Of a stretch of DNA of 64,000 nt, positions 41,601 through 50,608 are shown piece by piece; within the stretch, counting starts at the first letter, position 1; the number at the start of each line of letters is the position of its first letter. The position numbers were made by a program, and so were the translations under genes. The stretch is from an uncultured Candidatus Binatia bacterium (lineage in GTDB: Bacteria; Desulfobacterota; Binatia; UBA9968; JAJDTQ01): assembly GCA_965213675.1 (NCBI GenBank), contig OZ243916.1, forward strand, positions 1,952,001 through 2,016,000, given 5' to 3'. The notes beneath the pieces are model-generated. The model was not told the origin of the DNA and made no database searches. It saw only the letters and a list, made by a program, of their open reading frames with translations.

Positions 41601-41784
41601 CGCGCTCCACCTCCAGCGGCCCGGCGCCGCTGTACTCCGTCTCCACCGTGATCTCGGGCCGGTCCACGGTGGGGATCATCTGCACCGGCAGGCGGAACAG
41701 CGCGATGGTCCCGAACAGCACCGCCAGGAGGATGCCGACGGTCACCGAGACCGGATTGCGCACGCAGAAGTCAACGATTCCCAT
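38647..41784 (-). CDS. RND efflux permease (AcrB/AcrD/AcrF family)
   Basis: GMVVDNAVVVLEN, STLTTVAVFVP, RIRPIFMTT; about 1045 aa. Confidence 0.95.
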   Translation of the reverse strand: MGIVDFCVRNPVSVTVGILLAVLFGTIALFRLPVQMIPTVDRPEITVETEYSGAGPLEVEREVTDRLEERLNAVERLKQVASSSIEGRSRVVLSFDWGTNKDIARLGVSEKLDTVRGLPPDVGESRIRAVNTDEESPISWIMVDTERDIHEVWEELKDVIVPQLERVPGVGAVWRFGGRDRQVHVTLDPRAMAARGITVADVRQAITRENRNVKGGDLSEGKRRHVVRTLGQFEELRHIADVVVRHDGQGPVYVRDLAAVSFGREDRDFAVRIDGKPALGIGVLRRSGANTMAVMDGVRETLSRLDQRYRDKGIRLEMAYDETDYIHDSIDLVTRNVYFAVALAVLVLLLFLRSPASIVIVAVAIPVSIVTTFVVLNIAGSSLNVIMLAGLAFATGMVVDNAVVVLENVFRHRDMGKGRVRAALDGAREVGGAILASTLTTVAVFVPVLFVRQEAGQLFRDIALAVSVAVALSLVVALTVVPMLAAHVLPERARQRFPRLRAAMSVLDRAGAGFSGVVLGLLAWLQRGAVRRLAVVLFIVGGSVALAWWFAPPLDYLPRGNRNFIFGVVKMPPGFNTDQKEAIIKEIEARVRAVPEVERMFAVIRLDSPIMGAIVKEPYTGLEDMRRVVGTLRRAVGGIPGTQAVFITQASLFRQRGGFIGGNNVALDVKGDDLQAIRNIARGLEGGIRQVEGVNFVNSSFEWGNPEIRVHLDRDRVAALGLRASEVGDVIETAVEGTRAGRFRERGREIDIILKGPRGEMAHTQDLGTLMLSGGAGRLVQLSDIAVIRPGDGPTKVEHVDLDRAIKLNANMHHAMPLEEAVRAVEEGAVQEVRRNLPLGYSIQVSGQAQKLAETWDAFKWTFLLAVVVVYLVMCSLFESWSYPLIIMFSVPLAATGGVLAVSLGHATEPTIKMDTVTMLGFIILTGIVVNNAILIVHQTLNFIRAGETPQDALLASVRTRIRPIFMTTATTVFGMLPLVLSRGAGSELYRGLGSAVLGGLAVSTLFTLVLTPTLYSLWLDVLAKVRRRAPADTPAEAVPAPGVE

Positions 41785-43210
41785 CACGCCTCGACTCGCG
41801 GCCGGCGGCCACGCCAGACGGTCTGGCGCCCGCGCCCAAGGCCCCGCCCGGCCGCGCCGCGCGCCTGCCGGGGGCTGGCCCGGAACCACCCGAGCGCGCC
41901 TCGGGCCTCCGTCCGGGCGCGCCTCCCCGTGGTCCTGTTCCAGACGCCGCCCGGTTGCCGAGTTGCACCTTGGCCCCGTCCCGCAGCGTCTCGTTGCCCA
42001 AGGTCACCACTTGCTGGCCGGGCCAGAGCGCGCCGTCGGAAATTTCCCGCAGCGCGCGGTAACCGCGCCCGGTGCTGACCCTCACCGCCTTCGCCTGCCC
42101 ATTGGACACGACGAAGACTATCTCGTCCGGGCCGCGCCGCACCACCGCGTCCTTGGGCACCAGCACGCTCGGCTCGCCGCTGGAAACGACCACCGCGACC
42201 CGCGCCAGCATGCCGGCCTTGAGGCGTCCGCGAGCGTTGGCAAGCCGGACCTTCACCGGAAAGGTGCGGCTGCGCGTGTCGGCCTGGGGAACGATGTGCG
42301 CGACCTCACCGGAGAACACCTCGCCGGGAAAGGCGTCCAGCGTCACCCTGGCCGGCAGACCCGTGCGCAGCCGCGCGATCTTGCGCTCGCCCACCGGGCC
42401 GGCGGCGAACACCGGATCCAGGTCCACCAGGTCGGCCACTGGCTCGCCCGCGTTGACCCAGTCGCCCACGTCCACGTGCTTTCGGACGATGACGCCGGAG
42501 ATGGGCGCCCGCAGCGTGCTGTGGTCGATCTCGTAGGCCACCGCGTCCAGACGCGCCCGGGCCTCCTCGTGCTCGGCCTCGGCCATGGCGATGTCCTCGG
42601 CCCGGGCGCCGGCGCGGGTGAGCTTCAAGGCGGCGCGGGCGCTGCCGTACTTCTCACGGGCGGCGAGGTAGTCGCTTTCCGCCTGCTGCAACGCCGCCAG
42701 GCTCACAAGGCGGTCCTCATAGAGTTGTTTGGCGCGATCAAAGTCGCGACGGGCGCGCTCCAGCAGCGCCTCCTGCTCCTTGGCCGCGGCCAGCCGCTGC
42801 GCCACCTCCTCGGAGCGGGACCCCTCCAGCACCTTCTCCCACTGCTTCTTCGCCCGCGCCACCGCGGCCGCGCGCTCGCGCAGGGCGATCTCACGCCGTC
42901 CCCGGTCCACCTGGAGCAAAACGGTCTTGCCCGCCGTCACCGCGTCGCCTTCCCGGAAGCCAGCCACGGCCACGCTGCCCGTCACCACCGCGGAAACGGT
43001 GGTGGCGACGTTGGGCTCGATGGTGCCGATGAAGGAGATCTCTTCGGGGATCGCCCGCGACTGCACCGGAGCCGTCTTGACGGCCACCGGCCGCGCGCCC
43101 CAAGGCTGCGCCCGAGCCTCACCGCCGGCGAAGACGAAAGCCGCCAGCAGGCAGCCGGCCACGAGAACCGGCCCCGGCGCGGCAACGAAGGACAGTGAAC
43201 GGGACAACAT
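41771..43210 (-). CDS. RND periplasmic adaptor subunit
   Basis: Lipoyl halves (REGDAVTAG, LRAPISGVI), long hairpin, TRTFPVK-like SRTFPVK, LKAGM; start uncertain. Confidence 0.9.
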   Translation of the reverse strand: MLSRSLSFVAAPGPVLVAGCLLAAFVFAGGEARAQPWGARPVAVKTAPVQSRAIPEEISFIGTIEPNVATTVSAVVTGSVAVAGFREGDAVTAGKTVLLQVDRGRREIALRERAAAVARAKKQWEKVLEGSRSEEVAQRLAAAKEQEALLERARRDFDRAKQLYEDRLVSLAALQQAESDYLAAREKYGSARAALKLTRAGARAEDIAMAEAEHEEARARLDAVAYEIDHSTLRAPISGVIVRKHVDVGDWVNAGEPVADLVDLDPVFAAGPVGERKIARLRTGLPARVTLDAFPGEVFSGEVAHIVPQADTRSRTFPVKVRLANARGRLKAGMLARVAVVVSSGEPSVLVPKDAVVRRGPDEIVFVVSNGQAKAVRVSTGRGYRALREISDGALWPGQQVVTLGNETLRDGAKVQLGNRAASGTGPRGGAPGRRPEARSGGSGPAPGRRAARPGGALGAGARPSGVAAGRESRRDGNR

Positions 43211-43624
43211 GATTTTTTCCAAACGGTCCTTTTGCGAATCCACAAGCCCGCCCTGGAAGCACGGTGACCTCGACGAACTCCTGGCCCCGAACCCACAGGC
43301 GCGTGGACAACATCGCGACATCGCAAGTTCGACGATGCCAAGTTCGTTCCGTCGATACGCGTCGATACGATACGGCGCGTCGATGCGGCGCGGGCAACAC
43401 GCCACAAGTTGAGGATAGGGCTTTTGCGGGACGTGGGCAACCGTCGCCCTCTGGACTTCGCCACACCGAATCAGTACCTTTCTCAACTTTCAATCATGTG
43501 CCCCAGCGTCATCGAGCCCCAGCTTCCCTTGCCGTGAATCCGCCACAGCCATGAAGCGAGGCGACGACCGCGGACGGGGCCACAGGACGGGATGTCGCGC
43601 CGGATCCAGGCAGGTCGAGAGCCA

Positions 43625-44899
43625 ATGAATGCGGCAGAAGAACACTTCGACGTAATCGTGGCCGGCGGCGGCAGCGCAGGGGTCGCCGCGGCGGTGGGCA
43701 GCGCGAGAAGCGGCGCGCGAACGTTGCTGATCGAGCGGTACTACTGCCTCGGCGGGGCGTCGACCATGCGCAACATCCTGACGTACTGCGGCCTGTACAC
43801 GCTGGACGAGCATCCGAAGATGGTGGTGGGCGGTGTCGGCGCCGAGATCGTCGACCGTCTCCGGCGGCGCCATGCCCTCACCGGACCGTTTCGATTCCGC
43901 GGCGTCTTCGTGGTGTTCGATCCCGAGGCGGTGAAGGTCGTCCTGGACGATATCTGCCAGGACGCGGGGGTGACCGTCCTGCTTGGCGCCATGGTGGTGG
44001 GCGCGGAGCGCGCGGGCGGCGCCGTCACCACCGTAACCCTCGCCGACCATGCCGGCCTGCGCCAGGTCGGCGCCAAGGCGTTCGTCGATTGCACCGGGGA
44101 GGGGAACCTGGCGGCCCGGGCCGGCGCGGGCACCCGTTACGGCAATCCCGACGGCGTCAATCTGGGTAGCCTCGGCACGCGGTTCGGCGGCATACCCGCG
44201 GACCTCACGGTGACGGCTGACGACATCGCCGCCGCGGTGGCGCGGCTCGGACCCGAGCGCCGGCTCGTCACCAAGGAGCGCGGCGTGGTCGCCCGCCTGC
44301 CCCATTCGGGCGATCTGGCCTGTTACCTGGTCTCGGCGGACTTCGACCCGCGGGACGCGCGTTCCCTGTCCGACGCGGAACGGGACGGCCGGCGGCAGGC
44401 ATGGACGTACCTCAAGGCCATTCGCACCATACCCGGTTGCCAGGGCGCCTACCTCGTGGCCACGGGCCACGAATTCGGCACCCGCGAATCGCGGCACATC
44501 GAGTCGGTGCGTCCGTTCCAGTGGCGCGACGTGGAAGAGAGCCGCGGTTTCGACGACTGCATCGCGCTGGGCGCCTGGGGCGCGGAGTGGCACGACCGCA
44601 AGACCTACGGCAGCAGCTACGACTATCCCCCGGAGCGGACGTCCTACGAGATTCCGCTTTCCTGTCTCACCAGCCGGGACACGTCGAACCTGTTCGCGGC
44701 CGGCCGCGTCGCCGACGGCGACCGGCTCGCGGGCGCCGCCATCCGAGTCATGGGTACAGCGTTCGCCACCGGCCACGCGGCCGGTGTGGCCGCCGCGCAA
44801 GTCGCCAACGGCGGTCCCCTGCAATCCGCTTGCGTCCGGCGGGCGCTGGCCCGTCAGGGCGCCATCCTCGACCGTTCGGCGGTTTCCCCATCCCCATGA
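43625..44899 (+). CDS. FAD-dependent oxidoreductase
   Basis: VAGGGSAG, DCTGEG, RESRHI, YEIPLSCL, RVMGTAFATGHAAG. Confidence 0.9.
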   Translation: MNAAEEHFDVIVAGGGSAGVAAAVGSARSGARTLLIERYYCLGGASTMRNILTYCGLYTLDEHPKMVVGGVGAEIVDRLRRRHALTGPFRFRGVFVVFDPEAVKVVLDDICQDAGVTVLLGAMVVGAERAGGAVTTVTLADHAGLRQVGAKAFVDCTGEGNLAARAGAGTRYGNPDGVNLGSLGTRFGGIPADLTVTADDIAAAVARLGPERRLVTKERGVVARLPHSGDLACYLVSADFDPRDARSLSDAERDGRRQAWTYLKAIRTIPGCQGAYLVATGHEFGTRESRHIESVRPFQWRDVEESRGFDDCIALGAWGAEWHDRKTYGSSYDYPPERTSYEIPLSCLTSRDTSNLFAAGRVADGDRLAGAAIRVMGTAFATGHAAGVAAAQVANGGPLQSACVRRALARQGAILDRSAVSPSP

Positions 44900-44994
44900 T
44901 ATGACGGTTTCTTGACGGCCGTGCGCTGCTAACCCCTTGTTCGAGGGAAGGGCAGCGGCAACAATCGATTTCTGTCCCAGCAAAGGAGGATCGG

Positions 44995-46029
44995 ATGTTC
45001 AACAGAACCAATCGGAAGAGTTGGCGATGGTCCGCGGGCAGTCTCGCCGGCATCGCAATGCTCGGCCTGGCCACCCTGTGGACGAGCGAGGCCGCCGCGG
45101 AAAAGATCACCATCGGCGCGCTGCGTTTCACGTCGCATTCGCCGACGTTCATCGCCAAGGAACGGGGCTACTTCAAGAAGGAGGGCCTCGACGTGGAGCT
45201 CAAGTTCTTCCAGGCGGCCCAGCCCATCGCCGTGGCCATCGCTTCGGGAGACATCGACTTCGGCGTCACCGCCCTCACCGGCGGCTTCTACAACCTTGCG
45301 GGCAAGGGCGCCCTCAAGGTCATCGGCGGCCTCTACACCGAGGACCCCAAACACAACGGCATGGCGATCATGGCCTCCAACAAGGCCCACACTGCCGGTC
45401 TCACTACGCCCGAGGCCATCAAGGGGCGGAGCTGGGCCATGACCCAGCAGGGATCGTCCTTCCACTACATCATCGGCATGATCGGCGCGAAGCACGGCTT
45501 CGGCATCGCCGACGTCGATGTCAAGCCCCTTCAGAAAGTCCCCGCCATGATCGGAGCGGTGAAGTCGGGCCAGGTGGACGCCATGGCCATGGTGCCCCAC
45601 GTGGCGATTCCCCTCGACAAGGCCGGCGCGGCCAAAATCATCGGCTGGGTCCGCGACCTGGGCGACTATCAGGTGACGACGATCTTCACCTCAACGGACA
45701 ACGTCCAGAATCATCGTGGCAAGGTCGAGCGCTTCCTGCGCGCCTACCGCAAGGGCATCGCCGACTACCGCACCGTCATGCTCGACCAGAACAAGGACCT
45801 CGACGCCACCGAAGCCATGGTGGCCCTGATCCACAAGTACGTCTACACATCCCGGCCGCGCGAGAAGGCGGCGCCGTCCATCAAGGCGGGCGCGGTCTAC
45901 ATGACCGAGGACGCGGCCCTGGACATCGCCGACCTGAAGCGGCAGTTGGTGTGGTTCCAGGCCCAGGGCTTCGCTCCAAAGTCCTTGACCACCGAGACCT
46001 ACGTCGAGACCAGCTTCGTGAAGCCATAG
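44995..46029 (+). CDS. NitT/TauT-family ABC substrate-binding protein
   Basis: Signal peptide, FIAKERGYFKKEGLDVEL, GSSFHY; adjacent ATPase and permease. Confidence 0.9.
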   Translation: MFNRTNRKSWRWSAGSLAGIAMLGLATLWTSEAAAEKITIGALRFTSHSPTFIAKERGYFKKEGLDVELKFFQAAQPIAVAIASGDIDFGVTALTGGFYNLAGKGALKVIGGLYTEDPKHNGMAIMASNKAHTAGLTTPEAIKGRSWAMTQQGSSFHYIIGMIGAKHGFGIADVDVKPLQKVPAMIGAVKSGQVDAMAMVPHVAIPLDKAGAAKIIGWVRDLGDYQVTTIFTSTDNVQNHRGKVERFLRAYRKGIADYRTVMLDQNKDLDATEAMVALIHKYVYTSRPREKAAPSIKAGAVYMTEDAALDIADLKRQLVWFQAQGFAPKSLTTETYVETSFVKP

Positions 46030-46042
46030 CGGTGAGAACCCC

Positions 46043-46080
46043 AGGCGGATGGAAGCGTCCCGGCGCGCCTCCATCCGCTT
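46043..46080 (+). other. Intercistronic hairpin after the binding-protein gene
   Basis: AGGCGGATGGAAGCG...CGCCTCCATCCGCTT. Confidence 0.5.
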
Positions 46081-46279
46081 GGGAGCTTGCGCCGCCGGTA
46101 TTCGCGAAAGCGGATTTGCAGCCGTGAATTCCTACGGCGCATGCTCCTGGGAGCCCGTCTCGCGAACAGGGTCTTGAAGATGCGAGGGCGATCTTGTTGC
46201 CGGCAGGGCGCGATGGCGAGCGGTGGCGGGCAGGGACTCGCAGATTCATGCCAGGCAAGACACTGGGCCGCACAAGCGG

Positions 46280-47047
46280 ATGGACATCCACGTCGATCAC
46301 ATCAGCCACTGGTACGGGCAGACGGAAGTCCTGCGGGACATCGACCTGCGCATCGGCTCGGGACAGATCGTCTGCATCATCGGACCGTCCGGCTGCGGCA
46401 AGTCGACGCTGCTGCGGTTTCTGGGCGGGCTGGAGCGTCCGACCCGGGGGACCGTCCGGCAGATGGGCCCGCCGCCGCCCGACAGTCTCAATCCGCTGAC
46501 CTATATCTTTCAGGATTTCGCCCTGCTGCCGTGGCGCTCCGCCGCCGGCAACATTTCCCTGGTGCTGGAACGGCACGGCCTGTCGCGCGGCGAGGCCAAC
46601 GCCATCGTCGACGACGTGCTCGCCCGGACCAAGCTCACGGACTTCCGCGACGCCCTGCCGAAGCAGCTCTCCGGCGGCATGAAGCAGCGGGTGGCCATCG
46701 CCCGGGCGCTGGCGGTGCGGCCCGCCTGTCTGTTGATGGATGAGCCGCTGTCGTCACTGGACGGGCAGACACGGGAGCTGCTCCTCGACGACCTCCTGGA
46801 CCTGTGGCTGCGCGAACGCTTCACCGCCTGCTACGTGACCCACAATCTCGAAGAGGCCGTGCGGCTCGGTCACAAGATCGTGGTGTTGTCACGGCGGCCC
46901 GGCTGCATCCGCGAGGTCGTGGAACTGGACACGCCGCTGGAAGAGCGCAAGGGGCAGTCCGGCATGTTGTGGGAGCGCCAGCGCCACCTCTGGGAGCTGA
47001 TGCGGGAGGAAGCGCTGGCCGCGGATCAGGAGATCGTCCATGTCTGA
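46280..47047 (+). CDS. NitT/TauT-family ABC ATP-binding protein
   Basis: GPSGCGKST, LSGGMKQR, LLMDEP. Confidence 0.95.
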   Translation: MDIHVDHISHWYGQTEVLRDIDLRIGSGQIVCIIGPSGCGKSTLLRFLGGLERPTRGTVRQMGPPPPDSLNPLTYIFQDFALLPWRSAAGNISLVLERHGLSRGEANAIVDDVLARTKLTDFRDALPKQLSGGMKQRVAIARALAVRPACLLMDEPLSSLDGQTRELLLDDLLDLWLRERFTACYVTHNLEEAVRLGHKIVVLSRRPGCIREVVELDTPLEERKGQSGMLWERQRHLWELMREEALAADQEIVHV

Positions 47048-47837
47048 ACCTGCGGGCGGCGCGCCGGTTCCCTATCGCGGCGGCGGCTTCCAGCCCCGGC
47101 CCGTGGGCGTGGTGGGCCCGCTGGTCTTCGCCGGGCTCATCGGCCTGTGGGAGATCGCCTCCCGCGCGGGTTGGATCAGCGACCTCATGGCCCCCGCGCC
47201 CAGCCAGGCCATGGCCGCCCTCGTCCATCTGGTGAAGACCGGCGAGATCTGGTTGCATCTCGTGGCTTCGCTCCAGCGGCTACTGCTGGGCTGGACGCTG
47301 GGCACGGTGGCCGGGCTCCTGGTGGGCTTCTCCGCCGGACTGTTCTCGCTGGCCCGGGCGGGCATCGTCCCGTTCGTGGCCGCCATCTTTCCCATTCCCA
47401 AGATCGCGCTGTTGCCCCTGTTCATCATCTGGTTCGGCATCGGCGAGGAATCCAAGGTGGCGACCATCTTCTTCGGCACGTTCTTCCCCACCGTCATCTC
47501 GGTCTACGGCGGCGTCGACAACGTGGACCGCACGCTGATCCGCATGGGGCAGTCCTTCGACCTCACCTGGTTCTCCATCGTGCGCAAGATCATCCTGCCC
47601 GGCGCCATGCCCGCGATCCTTTCCGGCTTCCGCATATCCACGTCCATCGCCATCATCCTGCTGGTGGCCGCCGAGATGATCGGCGCCGAGTTCGGCGTGG
47701 GCGCCTACATCCTGCTGGCCGGCAACCTCATGGCCACCGACCAGCTCATCGCTGGCGCCGCCCTGCTGTCCCTCATGGGCCTCACCGTGAGCTGGCTCAT
47801 CGGCAAGGCCGAGAAGAGCATCCTGCGGTGGCGCTAG
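47040..47837 (+). CDS. NitT/TauT-family ABC permease
   Basis: PIPKIALLPLFIIWFGIGE, LVAAEMIGA. Confidence 0.95.
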   Translation: MSEPAGGAPVPYRGGGFQPRPVGVVGPLVFAGLIGLWEIASRAGWISDLMAPAPSQAMAALVHLVKTGEIWLHLVASLQRLLLGWTLGTVAGLLVGFSAGLFSLARAGIVPFVAAIFPIPKIALLPLFIIWFGIGEESKVATIFFGTFFPTVISVYGGVDNVDRTLIRMGQSFDLTWFSIVRKIILPGAMPAILSGFRISTSIAIILLVAAEMIGAEFGVGAYILLAGNLMATDQLIAGAALLSLMGLTVSWLIGKAEKSILRWR

Positions 47838-47857
47838 TGTGGTGTCTGGTTAATTCG
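47834..47857. repeat. Isolated end of the 165-bp element at the permease stop codon
   Basis: CTAGTGTGGTGTCTGGTTAATTCG identical to 35741-35764. Confidence 0.85.
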
Positions 47858-47912
47858 AGGATGTAACCCAAGGCAGGGAACTGCGTAGGGGCCACGCGCC
47901 GGTCCCCCCACG

Positions 47913-47954
47913 GGAAATCGTCCGGTCACGGTCGGAAATCATCCGGTCACGGTC
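47913..47954. repeat. 21-bp tandem duplication
   Basis: GGAAATCRTCCGGTCACGGTC twice, one mismatch. Confidence 0.8.
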
Positions 47955-48133
47955 TTTGCGGCGGCGGCCGGTGGCCGGGCCGGATGCCGCTGCCGTCGAC
48001 GCATTCCGGCGTCCCGAATGAACCGCTGGGCTGCTTGACAGCCTTTCGGCGACGGCCTACGATTCCGACATTCCAGCACGGTGCGCCACCCAGCCCCCGG
48101 GTATCCCATTTCACGTTCGTGGAGGAAGCACAC

Positions 48134-49258
48134 ATGGCCAAGCAAGGCTTCAAGGCAATGGATTCCGATATGCATGTGTTCGAACCCCACGACCTGTGGG
48201 ATCGTTACATCGATTCGGAGTTCAAGGACCGCGCCCCCAAGGGTTTGCAACGCGATTTTCGCGACTTGGGCGTGGAGGTGGACGGGAAGATCCTGCCGGT
48301 GCCGAGGCGGCCGGAAAACCCCAACCTGCGCGAATACCGTCTGGCCACCCTGAAGGAGAAGTACAGCGACGTGGCGGCGCGCAACTTCGACGGCGTGAGC
48401 CAGGTCATGGCCATGGACAAGGAAGGCTTGGACATGGCGTTCCTGTTCCCCACCCGCGGGCTGTTCGTCCTGGGCATCGACGGGCTCGATCCGGACCTGG
48501 CGGCGGCCATCTCCCGCGCCTACAACGACTGGCTTTACGATTTCGCCGAGGCCGACCGTGATCGCATGGTGTGCGTCGCCATGGTGCCGCCGCACAACGT
48601 CGAGGCGGCGGTGGCCGAGACCCGGCGGACGGTAACCGAAATGGGTTTCCGGGGCGTCTTCATGCGCCCCAACCAGACCAACGGCAAGTGCTGGAGCGAC
48701 CCCTGCTACGACCCCCTGTGGGAGGTGTGCCAGAGCCTGAACGTGCCCGTGGGCTTTCACGAGGCCGGGCGCGTGTACCAGCCCCAGCCCGCCATCTCCC
48801 AGTTCATCCCGTCCTTCTCCATGTTCAACACCCTGAGCTTTCCGCTGGCCAACATGTTCGCGTGCGCGGACATGATCTACGGCGGCGTCATGGAGCGTTT
48901 TCCCAAGCTGCGCGTGGCCTTCCTGGAAGGCAACTGCTCGTGGCTGCCGTGGCTCCTGTACCGCATGGGCGACTACATGGAATCGGTGGGCAAGGCCGAG
49001 TACCCGGACTTGAAGCTCGAGCCGCTGGAGTACTTCCAGCGCCAATGCTTCGGCGCCGTGGAATGCGACGAGATCACCGCCCGGCACATCCCGGATTTCG
49101 GCCTGGAGGACAACGTGGTGTTCTCCACCGACTACCCGCACCTGGACGTCAAGTATCCCCACTCACTGGATACGTTCCTGGGAATGCCATTCTCCGACGA
49201 GTCCAAACGGAAGTACCTCTGGGACAACTGCGCCCGCCTTTACAACATGGAGCCATGA
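48134..49258 (+). CDS. Amidohydrolase family 2 protein
   Basis: DSDMH, AYNDWL, FHE, RFPKLRVAFLE, FSTDYPH, NCARLY; GGAGG RBS. Confidence 0.92.
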   Translation: MAKQGFKAMDSDMHVFEPHDLWDRYIDSEFKDRAPKGLQRDFRDLGVEVDGKILPVPRRPENPNLREYRLATLKEKYSDVAARNFDGVSQVMAMDKEGLDMAFLFPTRGLFVLGIDGLDPDLAAAISRAYNDWLYDFAEADRDRMVCVAMVPPHNVEAAVAETRRTVTEMGFRGVFMRPNQTNGKCWSDPCYDPLWEVCQSLNVPVGFHEAGRVYQPQPAISQFIPSFSMFNTLSFPLANMFACADMIYGGVMERFPKLRVAFLEGNCSWLPWLLYRMGDYMESVGKAEYPDLKLEPLEYFQRQCFGAVECDEITARHIPDFGLEDNVVFSTDYPHLDVKYPHSLDTFLGMPFSDESKRKYLWDNCARLYNMEP

Positions 49259-49418
49259 CACTCCCCGTGTCCTGTCCGGCGGATTCGCGCATGACAAGGT
49301 GCGGAGAAGTGTCTGCGGAGAACTGTCATCGCCGGCCAAACGCGATGACTTGCAGGAGCGACCGGCGGTCGCTTTCGCGGGCGCCGCGCGAGGAAATGCC
49401 ACGCAGCCGGCGGCGAAA

Positions 49419-50582
49419 ATGACCCGCGGACCCGCATGTGAACCCGCCGGACGGGACGCCGACTCCAAGGCGACATTCGCGCGCCGTGGGATCGTGGAAG
49501 GTTTCTTCGGCCCCCCGTGGAGCATGGCCCACCGTACGGCGATGTTCGCATTCGGCGCCGCCCGCGGCATGAACACCTACCTCTACGCACCCAAGGACGA
49601 CCCCTACCACCGGGAGCACTGGCAACTGCCCTACCCCGAGCCGGAATGGCGCGAGTTGTGCGCGCTCATCGCCGCCGCCCAGACCCACGGCATCGACTTC
49701 GTCTACGGCTTTCACCCCGGCAAGGACCTGCGCTTTGCGGATTCGGAACCGGTGGGCATTCTGCTGGACAAGGCGGCGCGCCTGTACGACCAAGGCGTGC
49801 GCACCTTCGCGGTGTTGTTCGACGACATTCCGTCTCGCCTTGCGGACGCCGGCGACGTGCAGCGGTTCGACGGCAGCCTGGCCAAGGCCGAATCCCTCTG
49901 GCTCGAAGCGGTGCTGGAGCGGCAAGCCGCGGCCTGGCAGGTGGAGTGGTGGTTCTGTCCCTCGTACTACACACCGGACCCGTTCCTGGCCAGGGTGTTC
50001 GGCGAGTTCGAGCCCGGCTTTATCGAGACCGTGGCGCGGCACCTGCCGGCAGCGGTGGCGTGCTTCTGGACCGGCCCCAAGGTGGTTTCCCGTGACATCC
50101 CGCTGGCACACGTCGACGACATCGCCCGGAGGCTGGGACACCGGCTGCTGCTGTGGGACAACTATCCCGTGAACGATCTCTACATGAAGGACGAGTTGCA
50201 CATCGGTCCCCTCACCGGACGCCATCCGCGGCTGCCGGAGCAGGCGCACGGGCACCTCGCCAACCCGCTGTTGCAGGAGGCGCTGAGCTTCGTTCCCCTT
50301 GCCACCTGCTTCGACTACGCGCGCGACCCCGGGGCCTACGATCCGGAGAAGAGTTGGGAGGCGGTCGTGGCGGAACGGTTCGGCGCCGCCAACCTGGAGC
50401 CCTGGCGGGCGCTCCGACTGTTTTGTGAACGGGACGCGGCCAGCGCCGGCGCGGCAACGTTTTCGGAGCCGGAGCGCGGCGCCCTCGCAGCCGCCCACGC
50501 CTACCTTTCGACTCACCGGAGCGAAGCGTGGCGCCGCGAGTTCGAACCGTGGCGGGAGCGGCTGGAGCGCGCGCTACACTAG
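49419..50582 (+). CDS. GH84 beta-N-acetylglucosaminidase (O-GlcNAcase) catalytic domain, no signal peptide
   Basis: GIVEGFFGPPWS, YLYAPKDDPYHR, catalytic FDDI, WTGPKV, WDNYPVND; start uncertain. Confidence 0.9.
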   Translation: MTRGPACEPAGRDADSKATFARRGIVEGFFGPPWSMAHRTAMFAFGAARGMNTYLYAPKDDPYHREHWQLPYPEPEWRELCALIAAAQTHGIDFVYGFHPGKDLRFADSEPVGILLDKAARLYDQGVRTFAVLFDDIPSRLADAGDVQRFDGSLAKAESLWLEAVLERQAAAWQVEWWFCPSYYTPDPFLARVFGEFEPGFIETVARHLPAAVACFWTGPKVVSRDIPLAHVDDIARRLGHRLLLWDNYPVNDLYMKDELHIGPLTGRHPRLPEQAHGHLANPLLQEALSFVPLATCFDYARDPGAYDPEKSWEAVVAERFGAANLEPWRALRLFCERDAASAGAATFSEPERGALAAAHAYLSTHRSEAWRREFEPWRERLERALH

Positions 50583-50608
50583 TGTGGTGTCTGGTTGATT
50601 CGCGTCAT
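50579..50608. repeat. Isolated end of the 165-bp element forming the whole GH84-senA spacer
   Basis: CTAGTGTGGTGTCTGGTTGATTCGCGTCAT, one mismatch to 35741-35770. Confidence 0.85.

Noticed and set aside
38647-41784. RND with DN in TM4 and N in TM10 instead of the AcrB DD and K, and no adjacent TolC gene
   Set aside because: Both are frequent in non-AcrB RND subfamilies.
38587-42078. Very long antisense ORFs (1163 aa here; also 1875-3839, 11788-13302, 32620-34689, 53004-54725, 55168-57105)
   Set aside because: Shadow frames opposite well-supported genes, expected in high-GC DNA; no recognisable motifs.
47913-47954. Short tandem repeats here and at 19895-19940 as possible CRISPR arrays
   Set aside because: Two units only, no spacers, no cas genes.
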